Assembly: GCA_963665115.1 (NCBI GenBank)
Contig: OY762007.1
Location: forward strand, 6,880,001 to 6,944,000
DNA: 64,000 nt
Reading direction: 5' to 3'
From: an uncultured Rivularia sp.
GTDB taxonomy: Bacteria; Cyanobacteriota; Cyanobacteriia; Cyanobacteriales; Nostocaceae
A program made the translations under genes and the position numbers. The notes under the pieces are model-generated. The model saw nothing but the letters and a program-made list of their open reading frames with translations, had not been told where the DNA came from and did no database searches. How positions within the stretch are numbered: position 1 is the first letter of the stretch; each line of letters opens with the position of its first letter. Below are positions 21,687-33,628 of this stretch, piece by piece.

Positions 21687-22310
21687 TTACGTATCGGCTC
21701 CACTACAGTTAGATATTTGTTTTGTTGTCGAAGAGATATTTTGAGCAGCAACAAGTTCAATTTCTCCCTTGAAATTACGGATAAAACCAGTAGCTTCTAT
21801 AATTGCTGGTTTGTTTGATATTTCTGTAGTTTGAATATTATTGTTTCTTTTGCGATATATTGACAAATCACGAATATCTGACCAACTATAATTTATATCA
21901 ACTTGTTGATTGGGATTTTTAGTAATTCCACCTCTTCCGGTTGCGACAAAAGTATTGTCGGAGTTATTAGAACATCCCGACGCAATTTGTTGTGATGAAT
22001 CTGCTAATTCTAAATTTAATTCTACGAAACCAGAACTGGGATCGAGACTAATATTATTGATTGCTACCGTACCATTAACACCAAATTCAGAACTCGCGGT
22101 AATATCGCTTTCTTCGGTTACTTCGTCGCGGAATTCTAAGCCGAATATACCTTGAGTAATAATATCAATTTGACCGCCATTACCTTCTACAGCATTGGCA
22201 GAAATTGTATTGGTTGTGCCATCAGATGTTACCTGAGCCACTGCTGGTAAAATAATTGCTGAGGTTAGTAAACTACTCAACAATCCAGATAGAAATACAA
22301 TTTCTTTCAT
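21687..22310 (-). CDS. Internally deleted filamentous-haemagglutinin paralogue (signal peptide + C-terminal region only)
   Basis: QVTSDGTTNT fused in frame to ISANAVEGNGG; no NLFHSF/NPAG TPS domain. Confidence 0.8.
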   Translation of the reverse strand: MKEIVFLSGLLSSLLTSAIILPAVAQVTSDGTTNTISANAVEGNGGQIDIITQGIFGLEFRDEVTEESDITASSEFGVNGTVAINNISLDPSSGFVELNLELADSSQQIASGCSNNSDNTFVATGRGGITKNPNQQVDINYSWSDIRDLSIYRKRNNNIQTTEISNKPAIIEATGFIRNFKGEIELVAAQNISSTTKQISNCSGADT

Positions 22311-22393
22311 TTTGTAAAAAAACTTTCTATATTCTGGATTTATGGTTCCCTAATTATTTATGTTGTTAACACAATCTTTGATAAACAGTATTA

Positions 22394-24872
22394 TTACGTA
22401 CTCAATCCGCTACAGTTAATTACTTTTTCCGTTGAAAAAGGTTTACTTTCAGAAGAAACAAATTCTATTTCTCCATTTTGATTACGTATAAAACCAGTAG
22501 CTTCTACAATTGCTGCTTTGTTTGATATTTGTGTAGTTTCAATATTATTACTTGGCTTACGAGATGTTGAAAAATTGCGAATATCATACCAAGTTTGATT
22601 TGATATTAAATGTTGGTTGGGACTGTAAGGTATTCCACCCTTTCCGGTAATTAAAAAATTACTGCCTTTATTATTTAAACATCCAGAAGCAATTTGTTGT
22701 GACGAATCTGATAATTCTACTGGTAATTCGACTAAACCAAAACCGGGGTCAATTCCAATATTGTTGATTGCGACCGTACCGTTAACACCAAATTTGGAAC
22801 TAGCTGTAATGTCGCTTTCTTCTGTCAGTTCGTCGCGGAATTCCAAACCGAATATACCCTGAGTTGTAATATCAATATTTCCACCGTTACCTTCAATAGC
22901 ATTAGCAATAATATCGCTATTTTCAAAACCGGCAATTACAGGAGAATTTACACTAATATTACCACCGTTCCCGGTACCTAACGATTCTGTATTTATGAAG
23001 CTATTATTCCGGAATATCAGAGATTCTTTTAAATTTAAGCTGATGTTACCACCCTTTCCAGAAGCGGTATTTGCAATTATTTTTCCTGCATTATTAACTA
23101 ATATAGAGTTACTATTAATACTTAAATCTCCCCCATTTCCCGTTCCATTATTATTAACAGCAACTTCTCCTCCGTCGTCTATCCGTAACTTGGGGGTATT
23201 GATAATTAAACTACCAGAATTTCCACTAGGACGGTCGGGAATTCCAGCAACTTGACGAAAAACTTCAGGAGCAATGGGAGCACTTGCGGAAATACTGCTA
23301 AAGAGTCCTGGGCTACCACCCCTGACTTCTATAGATTCTGAAGCATTGACAGTGATTTGTCCGCCCTTACCACTGTTGAAAGTTGCAGAATTAACAAAAG
23401 CTCCATCTTCTGCGATCAGTTTAGATGTATTTACAGTTACCGAACCACCATCACCTTGCTGTAAAGCATTAGAACCAATTGAAGAAGGGGATAAAAGACT
23501 TGGTTCTACACCTATAAGTTTTATAGTTCCCGAGACATTTACATCTACATTTCCACTATCTCCTTGTCCAAAGTTGTTAGCGCTTATTGTGCCACCATTT
23601 GTAATATTTATATTTGATGCAGTGACGCTAATATTACCCGATTTCCCAGGGCTAAGAGTTGCTGCGGCAATTCCGCTAAGAGAACTTGGATTTAAGGGTG
23701 CAGAACGATTTATTTGAATATTTTCAGCCACATTAACAGTAATATTACCTCCAGAGGCACCACTGAAAGTTCGTGACTGGAAAATTCCTCCTTCATCAAG
23801 ATCTAAATTCCTGGCAGAAATATCAATATCTGCACCTTTTTCTGAACCCAGAGTTTCGGTTGTGAAGCGAACTGGAGTTGTTCCTAGAATCATTCCCATA
23901 TCTGGGGCTATTCTTACATCTCCAGATAAATTTAAATCACCTGCTGCTCTAACTTGAATGCGATTAGGTGCTTGACTTCCTAGAGTTTGAATCAAAACAT
24001 TGGAAGCATCTTTGAAGCTAATATTTTGACCTTGTAATTGAATCCCACCACTGGTTAAACCACTTGCATCTAATAAAGACTGTTTGACAAGTTGAATATC
24101 CCCAAAACTTTCAATCTTCCCATAATCTAACTGGAATTCAGTTGATGTGTAACTCAGATCGACTATTCCTGCTTGTACCCCACCTAATTCAATCCTACCG
24201 TTTTCAGCAGTTAGAACAGCACCTGATAAATTAACACTTTTTCCAACTAACGCGATCGCCTTTCCCGAATTTACCTGCAATGTTGATTGGGTTAAGTTGC
24301 GAACTACAGGAGTAAATCCTCCTCCAATCAATCGATGTCCCGTCCCCACGTACCTCAATAACTCCTGAATTTTGACCCATTTGTAAGCCTAGAGGTACAG
24401 TTACTTTTAACAATGCTGTACTTTGGGGATTAACTGCGCTAAATTCAAATCCATCTGCAAACAACACGCTTTCTGCTGTACTTCCTAAAAAGGAGCCACC
24501 AATTTTTAAAGAAGCATTTTCCCCAAATACAATTCCCGCAGGATTAATTAAAAATAAATTCGCATTACCGTTAGCTTTAATTAACCCATCAATATTAGAT
24601 ATATTTCCACCAGTTACCCGGTTAATAATATTCACCACCGAGGTTGAGTTATCGAAAACAGCAGAACCTCCTGTAGGAATAGAAAATTCTTTGAAACTAT
24701 GAAATAAATTGTTTCCTTTTTCAATACCGTTGATAATATTAAAATTATTATTGCTTTGATTAACAGTTGTATTATTAGTGTTATCTGATGTTACTTGAGA
24801 ATAAGCTGGTAAAACAATTCCCGAAGTTAGTAAACTACTTATCAATCCAGATAGAAATGCAATCCCTTTCAT
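22394..24872 (-). CDS. Filamentous haemagglutinin/TpsA-like exoprotein (~825 aa; apparent +1 frameshift at CCCC 24344-24347)
   Basis: NLFHSF, NRVTG, LINPAG TPS domain; G/N-rich beta-helix; conserved C-terminus. Confidence 0.88.
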
Positions 24873-25079
24873 ATTGTAAAAATATTTTATTTTCTGGACT
24901 TATGATTCCCTAATTTTAAAGATTACTAACACAAACATTAAAATACAGTTCTATCACCGAGTAGATTTTTAAGGGTTTGAAGCCCCCGGATTTATCCGTG
25001 GATTATACTCTGTCGAAGCCCCTAAATTCATTTATGGGAAATTAATTACGAATTACGAATTACGAATTACGAATTATAT

Positions 25080-27665
25080 TCACGTATTAGCTCCACTACA
25101 GTTAGCAACTTGTTTTGTTGCAAAAGGGATATTTTGAGCAGCAACAAGTTCAATTTCTCCGTCTGTATTACGAATAAAACCAGTAGCCTCTACAATTGCT
25201 GGTTTATTTGAAGTATTTGTAACTTGAGTAATATTACTTTTTTGTTTACGATATGCCGATAAATCGCGAATATCCGACCAAGTAAAGTTTTCATCAACTT
25301 GTTCATTGGGGTTTTGTGGTATTCCACCTCTTCCGGTTGAGACAAAAGTATTTCCGGTGTTACTAGAACATCCCGACGCTATTTGTTGTGATGAATCTGC
25401 TAAATCTACTGATAATTCTACTAAACCAGAACTGGGGTCAATACCAACATTATTGATTTTTACCGTACCGCTGACACCAAATCTGGAACTTGCAGTAATA
25501 TCACTTACTTCGGTTAATTCTTCGCGAAATTCCAAACCGAAAATGCCTTTAGTTGTAATGTCAATATTACCGCCGTTTCCTTCAAAAGCATTAGCAACAA
25601 TATCGCTGTTTTCAAAACCTACTAGAACGGGGGAGTTGATTGTGATATTTCCGCCATTACCTACACCTAGAGACTCAGTATTAATTAGGGACTGGTTCCT
25701 CATCAATAAGAGTTCTTGCAAATTGAACTCAATATTGCCACCTGCTCCAGATTGGGTAGACGCAAGGATGCTACTTCCGTTTCTCATATCCAAAGTTTTG
25801 GCATCTAAAACGATATCACCTCCCAAACCATCTCTAGCAATGGCAGTCAAGCTACCGATATTACCGAGAACAATATCATCAGCATTAATCTTTAAACTAC
25901 CTGCATTCCCGCTAGTGCCATCATTTCGCACCGAAACTGTTCCTCCATTAAGAACGCGCAAAGCGGGAGCATTAATGCTAAGGTTGCCAGATTCGCCAGT
26001 TGGAAAAGCTGCTATTCCAAGAGCTTGACGAGCTCTTGGGTTAGAAAGGTCGCTCGCAGCTACTATTTCACTAGGACGAATCACAGAACCAGCGACGAAT
26101 TGACCTTCAACCTCAACGGATTCGGACGCATTGATAATTAAGTCTCCAGCTGCACCACTAACTAAAGTAGAGGAGGTAACTTTCGCACCGTTGTTTACTT
26201 TCATTTGACCTGTATTAACAGTTAAATCTCCCGCATCTCCAGAGCTAAATGCGAAAACCCCCAAGTTTGAAGGGCTGAGGGTCGGTTTTATAACTCCTGA
26301 TAGCTCGACAAGCTCTGTTGCTTCGATTGTCAAATCCCCACCTGCACTAGCCCCAAAACTGATAGTCGCAACAATACCTCCATCTGCAATACTAAGCCGA
26401 TCCGTGGATATAAACATATTCCCAGATGCTCCAGCAGTAGCACCAAAGCTGACGGGAGCTAGGTTGCTAACTAAAATAGGATTACTAGGAGCAAAACCAT
26501 TAACTTCGATTTGCTCGGTAGCACGAACGTTTATATCACCTCCAGAAGCAGAACCGAATGTCCAAGTTCCTACTCTCGATGCATTCCGAAGAGTTAACTG
26601 TTGAGTATTAATCCCAATGTCTGCGCCTTTTCCATCACCTAATGCTTCAGTACGAATCTCGTTAATTGCCAATCCCCCTAAGCTATTACCCTGCATCACG
26701 AATGATTCAGTTGCATCGACCTGAATTTCACCTGCCGCAGTCTTGCCTACATTTTGAATCAAAAGTGCAGAAGCATTATTGAATTCTACTTGTCCCCCTT
26801 GCAGCCGAATCGAACCACCACCATTACCGCTAGCATCAATAAGGGAGCGCTCGTTAAGTACAATATCGCCAAAGTTGCTAATGTTTTCGTACCCGAAACG
26901 CCAACCTGTAACAGTAGAATTTAGATTCACTAGGGAACTATTATTTTGTTCAATATTTTGTCCAACCGCTCCTAATTCAATCCTTCCACTTTCTGCGGTT
27001 AAAACACCACTATTCAAGAAAATATTACCCCCAATCAAACCGATGCTTCGACCTTGAGATACTTTTAACTCAAGGGTGCTGTTGCTGCGATCGAAAGGAA
27101 TAGTATTTATGGCTGGATAAGTTTGGTTGTGTCCATTTCCCTCTACAGTAATATTCCCCGGATTTATTCCCATTTGCAAACCTACAGGAACGCTTACAGT
27201 TAATAAAGGTTCGTTTTGAGGATCAACAGCACTAAATTCAAATCCATCTTCAAATAAAATACTTGCTGCGGTACTACCAAAAAAAGAACCACCAATATCC
27301 AAACTTGCATTTTCACCAAAAACAAGTCCCGCAGGATTTATTAAAAATAAATTGGCATTACCGTTAGCTTTAATTAATCCATCAATGTTAGATATATTTC
27401 CACCCGTTACCCGATTAATAATATTGATGACATCGGTAGAATTATTGAAAACTGCCGAGCTACCTTTAGGAATAGAAAATTCTTTGAAACTATGAAATAG
27501 ATTATTCCCTTTCTGAATACCATTGATAATATTAAAATTATTTCCGTTTGGATTGATGGTTGTATTAGTAGTTTTGTCGGAAGTTACTTGAGAAAAAGCC
27601 GGTAAAACAATTCCCGAAGTTAATAAACCACTTATCAATCCAGATAGAAATCTAATTCCTTTCAT
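25080..27665 (-). CDS. Filamentous haemagglutinin/TpsA-like exoprotein (861 aa from MKGI)
   Basis: Same TPS N-terminus and TGRGG/WSDIR/EATGFIRN C-terminus. Confidence 0.92.
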   Translation of the reverse strand: MKGIRFLSGLISGLLTSGIVLPAFSQVTSDKTTNTTINPNGNNFNIINGIQKGNNLFHSFKEFSIPKGSSAVFNNSTDVINIINRVTGGNISNIDGLIKANGNANLFLINPAGLVFGENASLDIGGSFFGSTAASILFEDGFEFSAVDPQNEPLLTVSVPVGLQMGINPGNITVEGNGHNQTYPAINTIPFDRSNSTLELKVSQGRSIGLIGGNIFLNSGVLTAESGRIELGAVGQNIEQNNSSLVNLNSTVTGWRFGYENISNFGDIVLNERSLIDASGNGGGSIRLQGGQVEFNNASALLIQNVGKTAAGEIQVDATESFVMQGNSLGGLAINEIRTEALGDGKGADIGINTQQLTLRNASRVGTWTFGSASGGDINVRATEQIEVNGFAPSNPILVSNLAPVSFGATAGASGNMFISTDRLSIADGGIVATISFGASAGGDLTIEATELVELSGVIKPTLSPSNLGVFAFSSGDAGDLTVNTGQMKVNNGAKVTSSTLVSGAAGDLIINASESVEVEGQFVAGSVIRPSEIVAASDLSNPRARQALGIAAFPTGESGNLSINAPALRVLNGGTVSVRNDGTSGNAGSLKINADDIVLGNIGSLTAIARDGLGGDIVLDAKTLDMRNGSSILASTQSGAGGNIEFNLQELLLMRNQSLINTESLGVGNGGNITINSPVLVGFENSDIVANAFEGNGGNIDITTKGIFGLEFREELTEVSDITASSRFGVSGTVKINNVGIDPSSGLVELSVDLADSSQQIASGCSSNTGNTFVSTGRGGIPQNPNEQVDENFTWSDIRDLSAYRKQKSNITQVTNTSNKPAIVEATGFIRNTDGEIELVAAQNIPFATKQVANCSGANT

Positions 27666-27748
27666 GTCTAGCAAATCTTTTTGTGTTCTGGATTTATGGT
27701 TCCCTAATTTTATAATTCTTTAACGATTCTTTTTGAAAAACAGTAATC

Positions 27749-30194
27749 TTACGTACTTGAACCGCTACAATCGATATCTGAATTTGTAAGAAAAGATTTA
27801 TTTTCCATCGCAACGAGTTCAATTTCTCCTTTTGAATTACGGATAAAACCAGTTGCTTCTATAATTTTTGGTTTATTTGATCTTTCTGTAATTTCAATAT
27901 TATTCTTTCTTTGACGATAAGCTGATAAATCGCGGATATCCGACCAAGCAAGGTTTTCGTCAACTTGTTCGCTGGGGTTATGCGGTATTCCACCTCGTCC
28001 GGTTGCGACAAAAGTATTACCCGTTTGAGCAGCACATCCAGCAGCAATTTGATTGCCCGAGTCTGTAAGATTTTCTGGTAATTCACTGATTCCAGAATTC
28101 TGGTCAATACCAGGAGTATTTAATTCAACTACACCGCTAAATTCTGCTCCTAGTTCAGAAGTTGCAGTTATATCACTTTCTATAGTTTGCTGTTCTCGAA
28201 ACTGAGTACCAAAAATACCTTGTGCATTAATAGTGACCCTTACCACCAAAACTGTTTTGTGCGTTTGCAGCGATATCGCTATTTTCTAAAGCTACTAAAG
28301 TGTCAGTATTAATAGTTATATTTCCACCATTTCCTTTACCACCAGCAGAAGTACTAATAATACTTTCATCCCGCATTTGTAAATTTTGGGACTGCAATGA
28401 AATGTCCCCTCCTTCACCAAAGACTGTGGTAGCTGAAAGTTTACCTAAATTATCTAACTTTATCAGGTCTGCATCGATTTTGAGAATACCAGCATTCCCA
28501 CTTCCGAAGTTATCTACACTCACAAGTGCTCTGTCAGCGACTAAAAGAAACGGTGTATTAATAGTGATATTTCCAGCATTTCCGTTAGGAACATCTGGTA
28601 AATTAAATGATTTCTGAAGATTAGGAAGAAGTCTGACAAATGAGTTAAGTCTGGCAGGTAATTCATTTACATTACCAACTACCTGTAACGATTTAGTAGC
28701 ATTTATAGTCATGTTTCCAGCATTTCCAGCATTATGACTGCCATTAGCTACAGATGCACCTGCTTCCACAGTCATTGTCTCGGTATTAATATTCATATTG
28801 CCAGCATCACCTTTTCCTAAAGCAGATGTAGAAATATTGCTACTTGTAAATAAGCCCAAACCTACACCCTTCACTTCTAGTTTTTGGGTATCAATATTTA
28901 TAGTTCCACCATCGCCATTACCAAGACTTGCCACGGAAACCGAACCGCTATCAAGTACCGAAAAGTGTTTAGTAGAAGCAATTACATCACCAGCTTTTCC
29001 ATCTCCGAGAGTAATTGATGCAATGCTACTAAATACTAGTGGGTTAATTTCTGAAAATCCACTGACTTCAATCAATTGTTCAACGTCTAAGAAAATATCA
29101 CCACCAGGTGCGGGTGTAAAGGTTTTACTACCGATACCACCCCCATTTTTAACAATTAAACGCGGTGTAACAACATTAAGATTCCCGCTCATTCCTCCCA
29201 AAGTTTCGTTCAAAATAGCACTGCGAATTCTGCCGTTAGGAGACATTCCATTGACTTCTAAAGATTCAGTTGCATTAATATTAATCTCTCCGGCTGGCTG
29301 CAATCCTTGATTTTGCACTAATAATACGGAGCCATTTTTTAGGCTGACAGAACTACCATTAACTTCAATTGAACCAGCACCCGCATCTATCAAAGATTTT
29401 TGCAATAGCTGAATATTTCCTAATTTAGAATCTTGAGGAATGTTTAACTTAAATTCTTGATTATTTTGATTTAAATTAACTTTTCCTTCTCTAACACTGC
29501 TTAATTCAACTCTTCCTGCGTTTACATTTAAAACAGCGCCATCAAGCACAATATCTCCACCAATTAAAGCTAATGTTTTTCCCGGTTTTACTTCTAATAA
29601 GCTTGAGCTACCGGGATTAATATAAGGTGCAAAATCAATATTTTGTGTTACCAAATTATGTCCGCTTCCGTTTACCTTAATTGCTCCTGTATTTGTCCCC
29701 ATTTGCAAACCTACGGGAACGCTAACTGTTAACAACGGCGGATCTGTAGGATTAATCGCACTAAATTCAAACCCATCTCCAAATAAAATGCTTTGTGCAG
29801 TACTACCAAAAAAAGAACCACCAATATCTAAAGAAGCATTTTTACCAAAAACAAGTCCGGCAGGATTTATTAAAAATAAATTGGCATTACCGTTAGCTTT
29901 AATTAATCCATCAATGTTAGATATATTTCCACCCGTTACCCGATTAATAATATTGATGACATCGATAGAATTATTGAAAACTGCCGAGCTACCTTTAGGA
30001 ATAGAAAATTCTTTGAAACTATGAAATAAATTATTCCCTTTTTGAATACCGTTGATAATATTAAAATTATTACCGTTTGGATTGACGGTTGTATTAGTAG
30101 TGTTATCGGAAGTTACTTGAGAAAAAGCCGGTAAAACAATTCCCGAAGTTAATAAACCACTTATCAATCCAGATAGAAATACAATCCCTTTCAT
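27749..30194 (-). CDS. Filamentous haemagglutinin/TpsA-like exoprotein (~814 aa; apparent +1 frameshift at CCC 28237-28239)
   Basis: ORFs 28227-30194 and 27749-28249 join at FGG[KR]VTINAQGIFG. Confidence 0.88.
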
Positions 30195-30276
30195 ATTGTT
30201 AAAATCTTTTTATCTTCTGGATTTATGGTTCCCTATCTACATAGGCATCTAACACAAACTTTAAATTCAAGTGATA

Positions 30277-33200
30277 TTACGTATTAGCTCCGCTGCACGA
30301 AGGAATTTGTTTTGCTGTCAAAGGTTGTTGTTGAGCAGCAACGAGTTCAATTTCTCCCGAAGCATTTCGGATAAAACCAGTTGCTTCTACAATCGCTGGT
30401 TTGTTTGAAATACTTGTAACTTCAGAATTATTATTAGGCTTGCGACGAGATACCGATAAATCGCGAGTATCCGACCAAATATAATTAGTATTCAATACTT
30501 TACTGGGATTTTGTGGTACTCCACCTCTTCCTGTAACTACAAAATTACTACCAGTTTTATTTAAACATCCCGTACTAATTTGCTGTGATGAATCTGATAA
30601 TTCGACAGTTAATTCGATTAAACCGGAACTAGGATCGATGCCAACATTGTTGATTTCTACTGTACCGTTGACACCATATTCGGAACTCGCAGTAATATCA
30701 TTTTCAGGAGTAAGTTTGTCGCGAAATTCTAAACCGAATATACCTTGAGTTGTAATATTAATATTACCGCCATTTCCTTGTACTGCATTTGCAGCAATAT
30801 CGCTATTTTCAAAACCTGCAACGATAGGAGAATTGATGTTGATGTTACCACCACTAGCAATTCCACTGGCATTGGTGGTGATGGTGCTATTGTTGCGTAA
30901 TAAAGTCAAGTCGCGAGCTTCCACAGATATATTACCTTGATTACCTCCTGTAACTTGAGCTTGCAAGCTAGCATTATTATTAAGAAAGATACGATTACCA
31001 TACAATTCTAAGTTTCCCCCACCACCTTTACCAACCGCATTCACTTCTACAAGACCCCCATCCGCAACTACAATAGAATCCGATTGAATAGTTACAGAAC
31101 CTGCTGATGCATTGGAGAAAGAAGTTGCTGAAACATGGCTGGGATGGTTATCGGTAAAATAACCAAAAAACGGAGCAGGTTTATCTCCCACACCAGTAAC
31201 CTCTATAAATTCGCTGGCATTCATTTTTACATCTCCAGAAGCTCCACTACCGAATGTTCCCGCAGCAATAAGTCCACCATCGGTAATACGGATGCGATTG
31301 CTATCTATAATCAAACTTCCTCCTTTTCCACTGCTACCGGGGAAAGTACCCGCAGCGATAAAACTCGGAGTTGGAGTAATCCCTACCCCAGTAATTTTAG
31401 TATTTTCGATTCCTGAAACTTCAATATCTCCCACATTGACAACTACATTACCTGCATCCCCCGAACCACTGGTAATTACTGATAGTCTTGAACCACTCAA
31501 TAAAGAAAGGCGATCGCCACTCAAACGCAATTCACCCCCGGTTGCTGTACCTCGGACATCAGTAGTAACTCTGCTACCTTGGCTGAGAGTAGTTTCGGAT
31601 GCAGTGATATTGATATTTCCACCCTGCCCTGCTTGTTGAGCATTAGCAATAATTCCTGCTGTGTTATGAAGGTTTAAATTATCGCTAACTTGCAGTTGAA
31701 TATTACCCCCTTGATTGGTTTTAGTAGAAGCATTAATTTGTCCACCATTACTAATATTCACAGTTTCCGCATCTAAAAATATATCGCCTCCGCGACCATT
31801 CGCGATCGCATTTACGCTGCCTTGATTATCAATCAAAACATCATCAGCATTAATCTGCAAAGTACCAGCATTTCCGCTTGTTCCATCATTACGGACGCTA
31901 ACGACTCCTCCATCTAAAACTCGCAATTGTGGTGTATTGATAATCAAATTTGCCGAGTCTCCGGTCGGTAGAGGAGGAAGTCCCAAAGATATACGCAGTG
32001 ATTCATCTAAAAGTATGGCAGAAGAAACAATTGAACTGGGATTGATTGAACCGGGTACAGTTCCACTTACTTCAACAAATTCATTGGCATTAATAGTTAT
32101 ATTACCCGCCTTACTTGACCCAACGATAGAAGAATCAACACGTCCACCATCTTGGACTGTTAATTTATCGGTATTGATAAGTAAAGTACCTGCATCACCT
32201 TCAGCTAAACTTCCAGAACTAATTATACTGGCAAAAAAATCACTAGTGGTTCCAGTTACTTGAATAGATTTAGCGTCTATGGTTATATTGCCACTATTTC
32301 CTTGAGAACGAGTAACGGATGAGACTCTAGCTCCGTTCCAAAGAGTTAAATTACCTGTAGAAATTCTGATATTTCCTGCTTTTTTATCGCCAAAAGTAGC
32401 TGTGTCAATTTCACTCGTGTCGTCTGGATCTAATGGGTCGGGGGATTGCAGTTCAATCGATTCAGAAGCATTAATAATAATATTACTTCCAGGAGTAAGG
32501 GAATTTAAACTCCGAATCCCTTCTCCACCCGATAATATTAAGCGTTTAGTAGAAATAGAAATATCTCCTACTGTACTAAATCCGCTCTCGGCAGTAATTG
32601 CGCTATCATTAATTTCTATGGATTCAGCAGTATTAATATTAATACCATCTGATGGTTCCAATCCTCGATTTTGAATAATTATATTTGAGTCATTATGCAA
32701 AAATACATTTTTTGCTTGTAAATTAATCTCACCACCAGGAGAAAGAGCATTAATAATTGCTTGGTCTAACTTTATATCTCCGAATTCTGATACTTTTTTA
32801 TAATCAAATTTCCAACCTGAAGATGTGGAATTTAAATCAATAAATCCTTTTGTAACACTTGCTAATTGAATGTCTCCAGAATTGGTAGAAATCCTACTAC
32901 CAGTCATGGTGATATTTCCACCGATTAAACCCAAAGTTTTTCCAGTTTTGACTTGTAAATTGGAATTGCTAGTTGCCAGCAGGGAAAAATCGCTTAATCT
33001 ATCCAAACTATAACCAGAACCATTAATTTGAATATTTCCCGGATTTTGTCCCATTTGCAAACCAATCGGAACGCTTACAGTTAATAAAGGTTTATTTTGA
33101 GGATTAACAGCACTAAATTCAAATTCATCTTTAAACAACAAACTTTCTGCGGTACTACCAAAAAACGAACCACCAATATCCAACCGAGCATTTTCATTAA

Positions 33201-33546
33201 ATGTAATTCCCGCAGGATTAATTAAAAATAAATTGGCATTACCAGACGCTTTAATTAATCCATCAATATTAGATATATTTCCACCAGTTACCCGATTAAT
33301 AATATTGACTACATCGGTAGAATTATTAAAAACAGCCGAACCACCCGTAGGAATAGAAAATTCTTGAAAACTATGAAATAAATTATTCCCTTTTTGAATA
33401 CCGTTGAGAATATTAAAACTATTTCCTGTTGAGTTAACAGTTGTATTGGTAGTATTATCTGATGTTACCTGAGAATTAGCTGGTAAAATGATTCCCAAAG
33501 TTAATAAAGCGCCGATAAATCCAGGTAGAAATGCAATTCCTTTCAT
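30277..33546 (-). CDS. Filamentous haemagglutinin/TpsA-like exoprotein (1089 aa)
   Basis: TPS domain, longer beta-helix, conserved C-terminus. Confidence 0.92.
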   Translation of the reverse strand: MKGIAFLPGFIGALLTLGIILPANSQVTSDNTTNTTVNSTGNSFNILNGIQKGNNLFHSFQEFSIPTGGSAVFNNSTDVVNIINRVTGGNISNIDGLIKASGNANLFLINPAGITFNENARLDIGGSFFGSTAESLLFKDEFEFSAVNPQNKPLLTVSVPIGLQMGQNPGNIQINGSGYSLDRLSDFSLLATSNSNLQVKTGKTLGLIGGNITMTGSRISTNSGDIQLASVTKGFIDLNSTSSGWKFDYKKVSEFGDIKLDQAIINALSPGGEINLQAKNVFLHNDSNIIIQNRGLEPSDGININTAESIEINDSAITAESGFSTVGDISISTKRLILSGGEGIRSLNSLTPGSNIIINASESIELQSPDPLDPDDTSEIDTATFGDKKAGNIRISTGNLTLWNGARVSSVTRSQGNSGNITIDAKSIQVTGTTSDFFASIISSGSLAEGDAGTLLINTDKLTVQDGGRVDSSIVGSSKAGNITINANEFVEVSGTVPGSINPSSIVSSAILLDESLRISLGLPPLPTGDSANLIINTPQLRVLDGGVVSVRNDGTSGNAGTLQINADDVLIDNQGSVNAIANGRGGDIFLDAETVNISNGGQINASTKTNQGGNIQLQVSDNLNLHNTAGIIANAQQAGQGGNINITASETTLSQGSRVTTDVRGTATGGELRLSGDRLSLLSGSRLSVITSGSGDAGNVVVNVGDIEVSGIENTKITGVGITPTPSFIAAGTFPGSSGKGGSLIIDSNRIRITDGGLIAAGTFGSGASGDVKMNASEFIEVTGVGDKPAPFFGYFTDNHPSHVSATSFSNASAGSVTIQSDSIVVADGGLVEVNAVGKGGGGNLELYGNRIFLNNNASLQAQVTGGNQGNISVEARDLTLLRNNSTITTNASGIASGGNININSPIVAGFENSDIAANAVQGNGGNINITTQGIFGLEFRDKLTPENDITASSEYGVNGTVEINNVGIDPSSGLIELTVELSDSSQQISTGCLNKTGSNFVVTGRGGVPQNPSKVLNTNYIWSDTRDLSVSRRKPNNNSEVTSISNKPAIVEATGFIRNASGEIELVAAQQQPLTAKQIPSCSGANT

Positions 33547-33628
33547 GTTGTAACAATATTTCTATGTTCTGGAGTTATGGTTCCCTATTCTTTGTAACTA
33601 CTAACAGAACCTTTAAAATATCGTATGA

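Noticed and set aside
21910..32674. Many plus-strand ORFs over the FHA genes
   Set aside because: Antisense shadows of G/N/S-rich coding sequence with no independent motifs
21687..33546. Contact-dependent inhibition / polymorphic toxin locus
   Set aside because: C-termini are conserved rather than variable, and no small immunity ORFs lie between the genes
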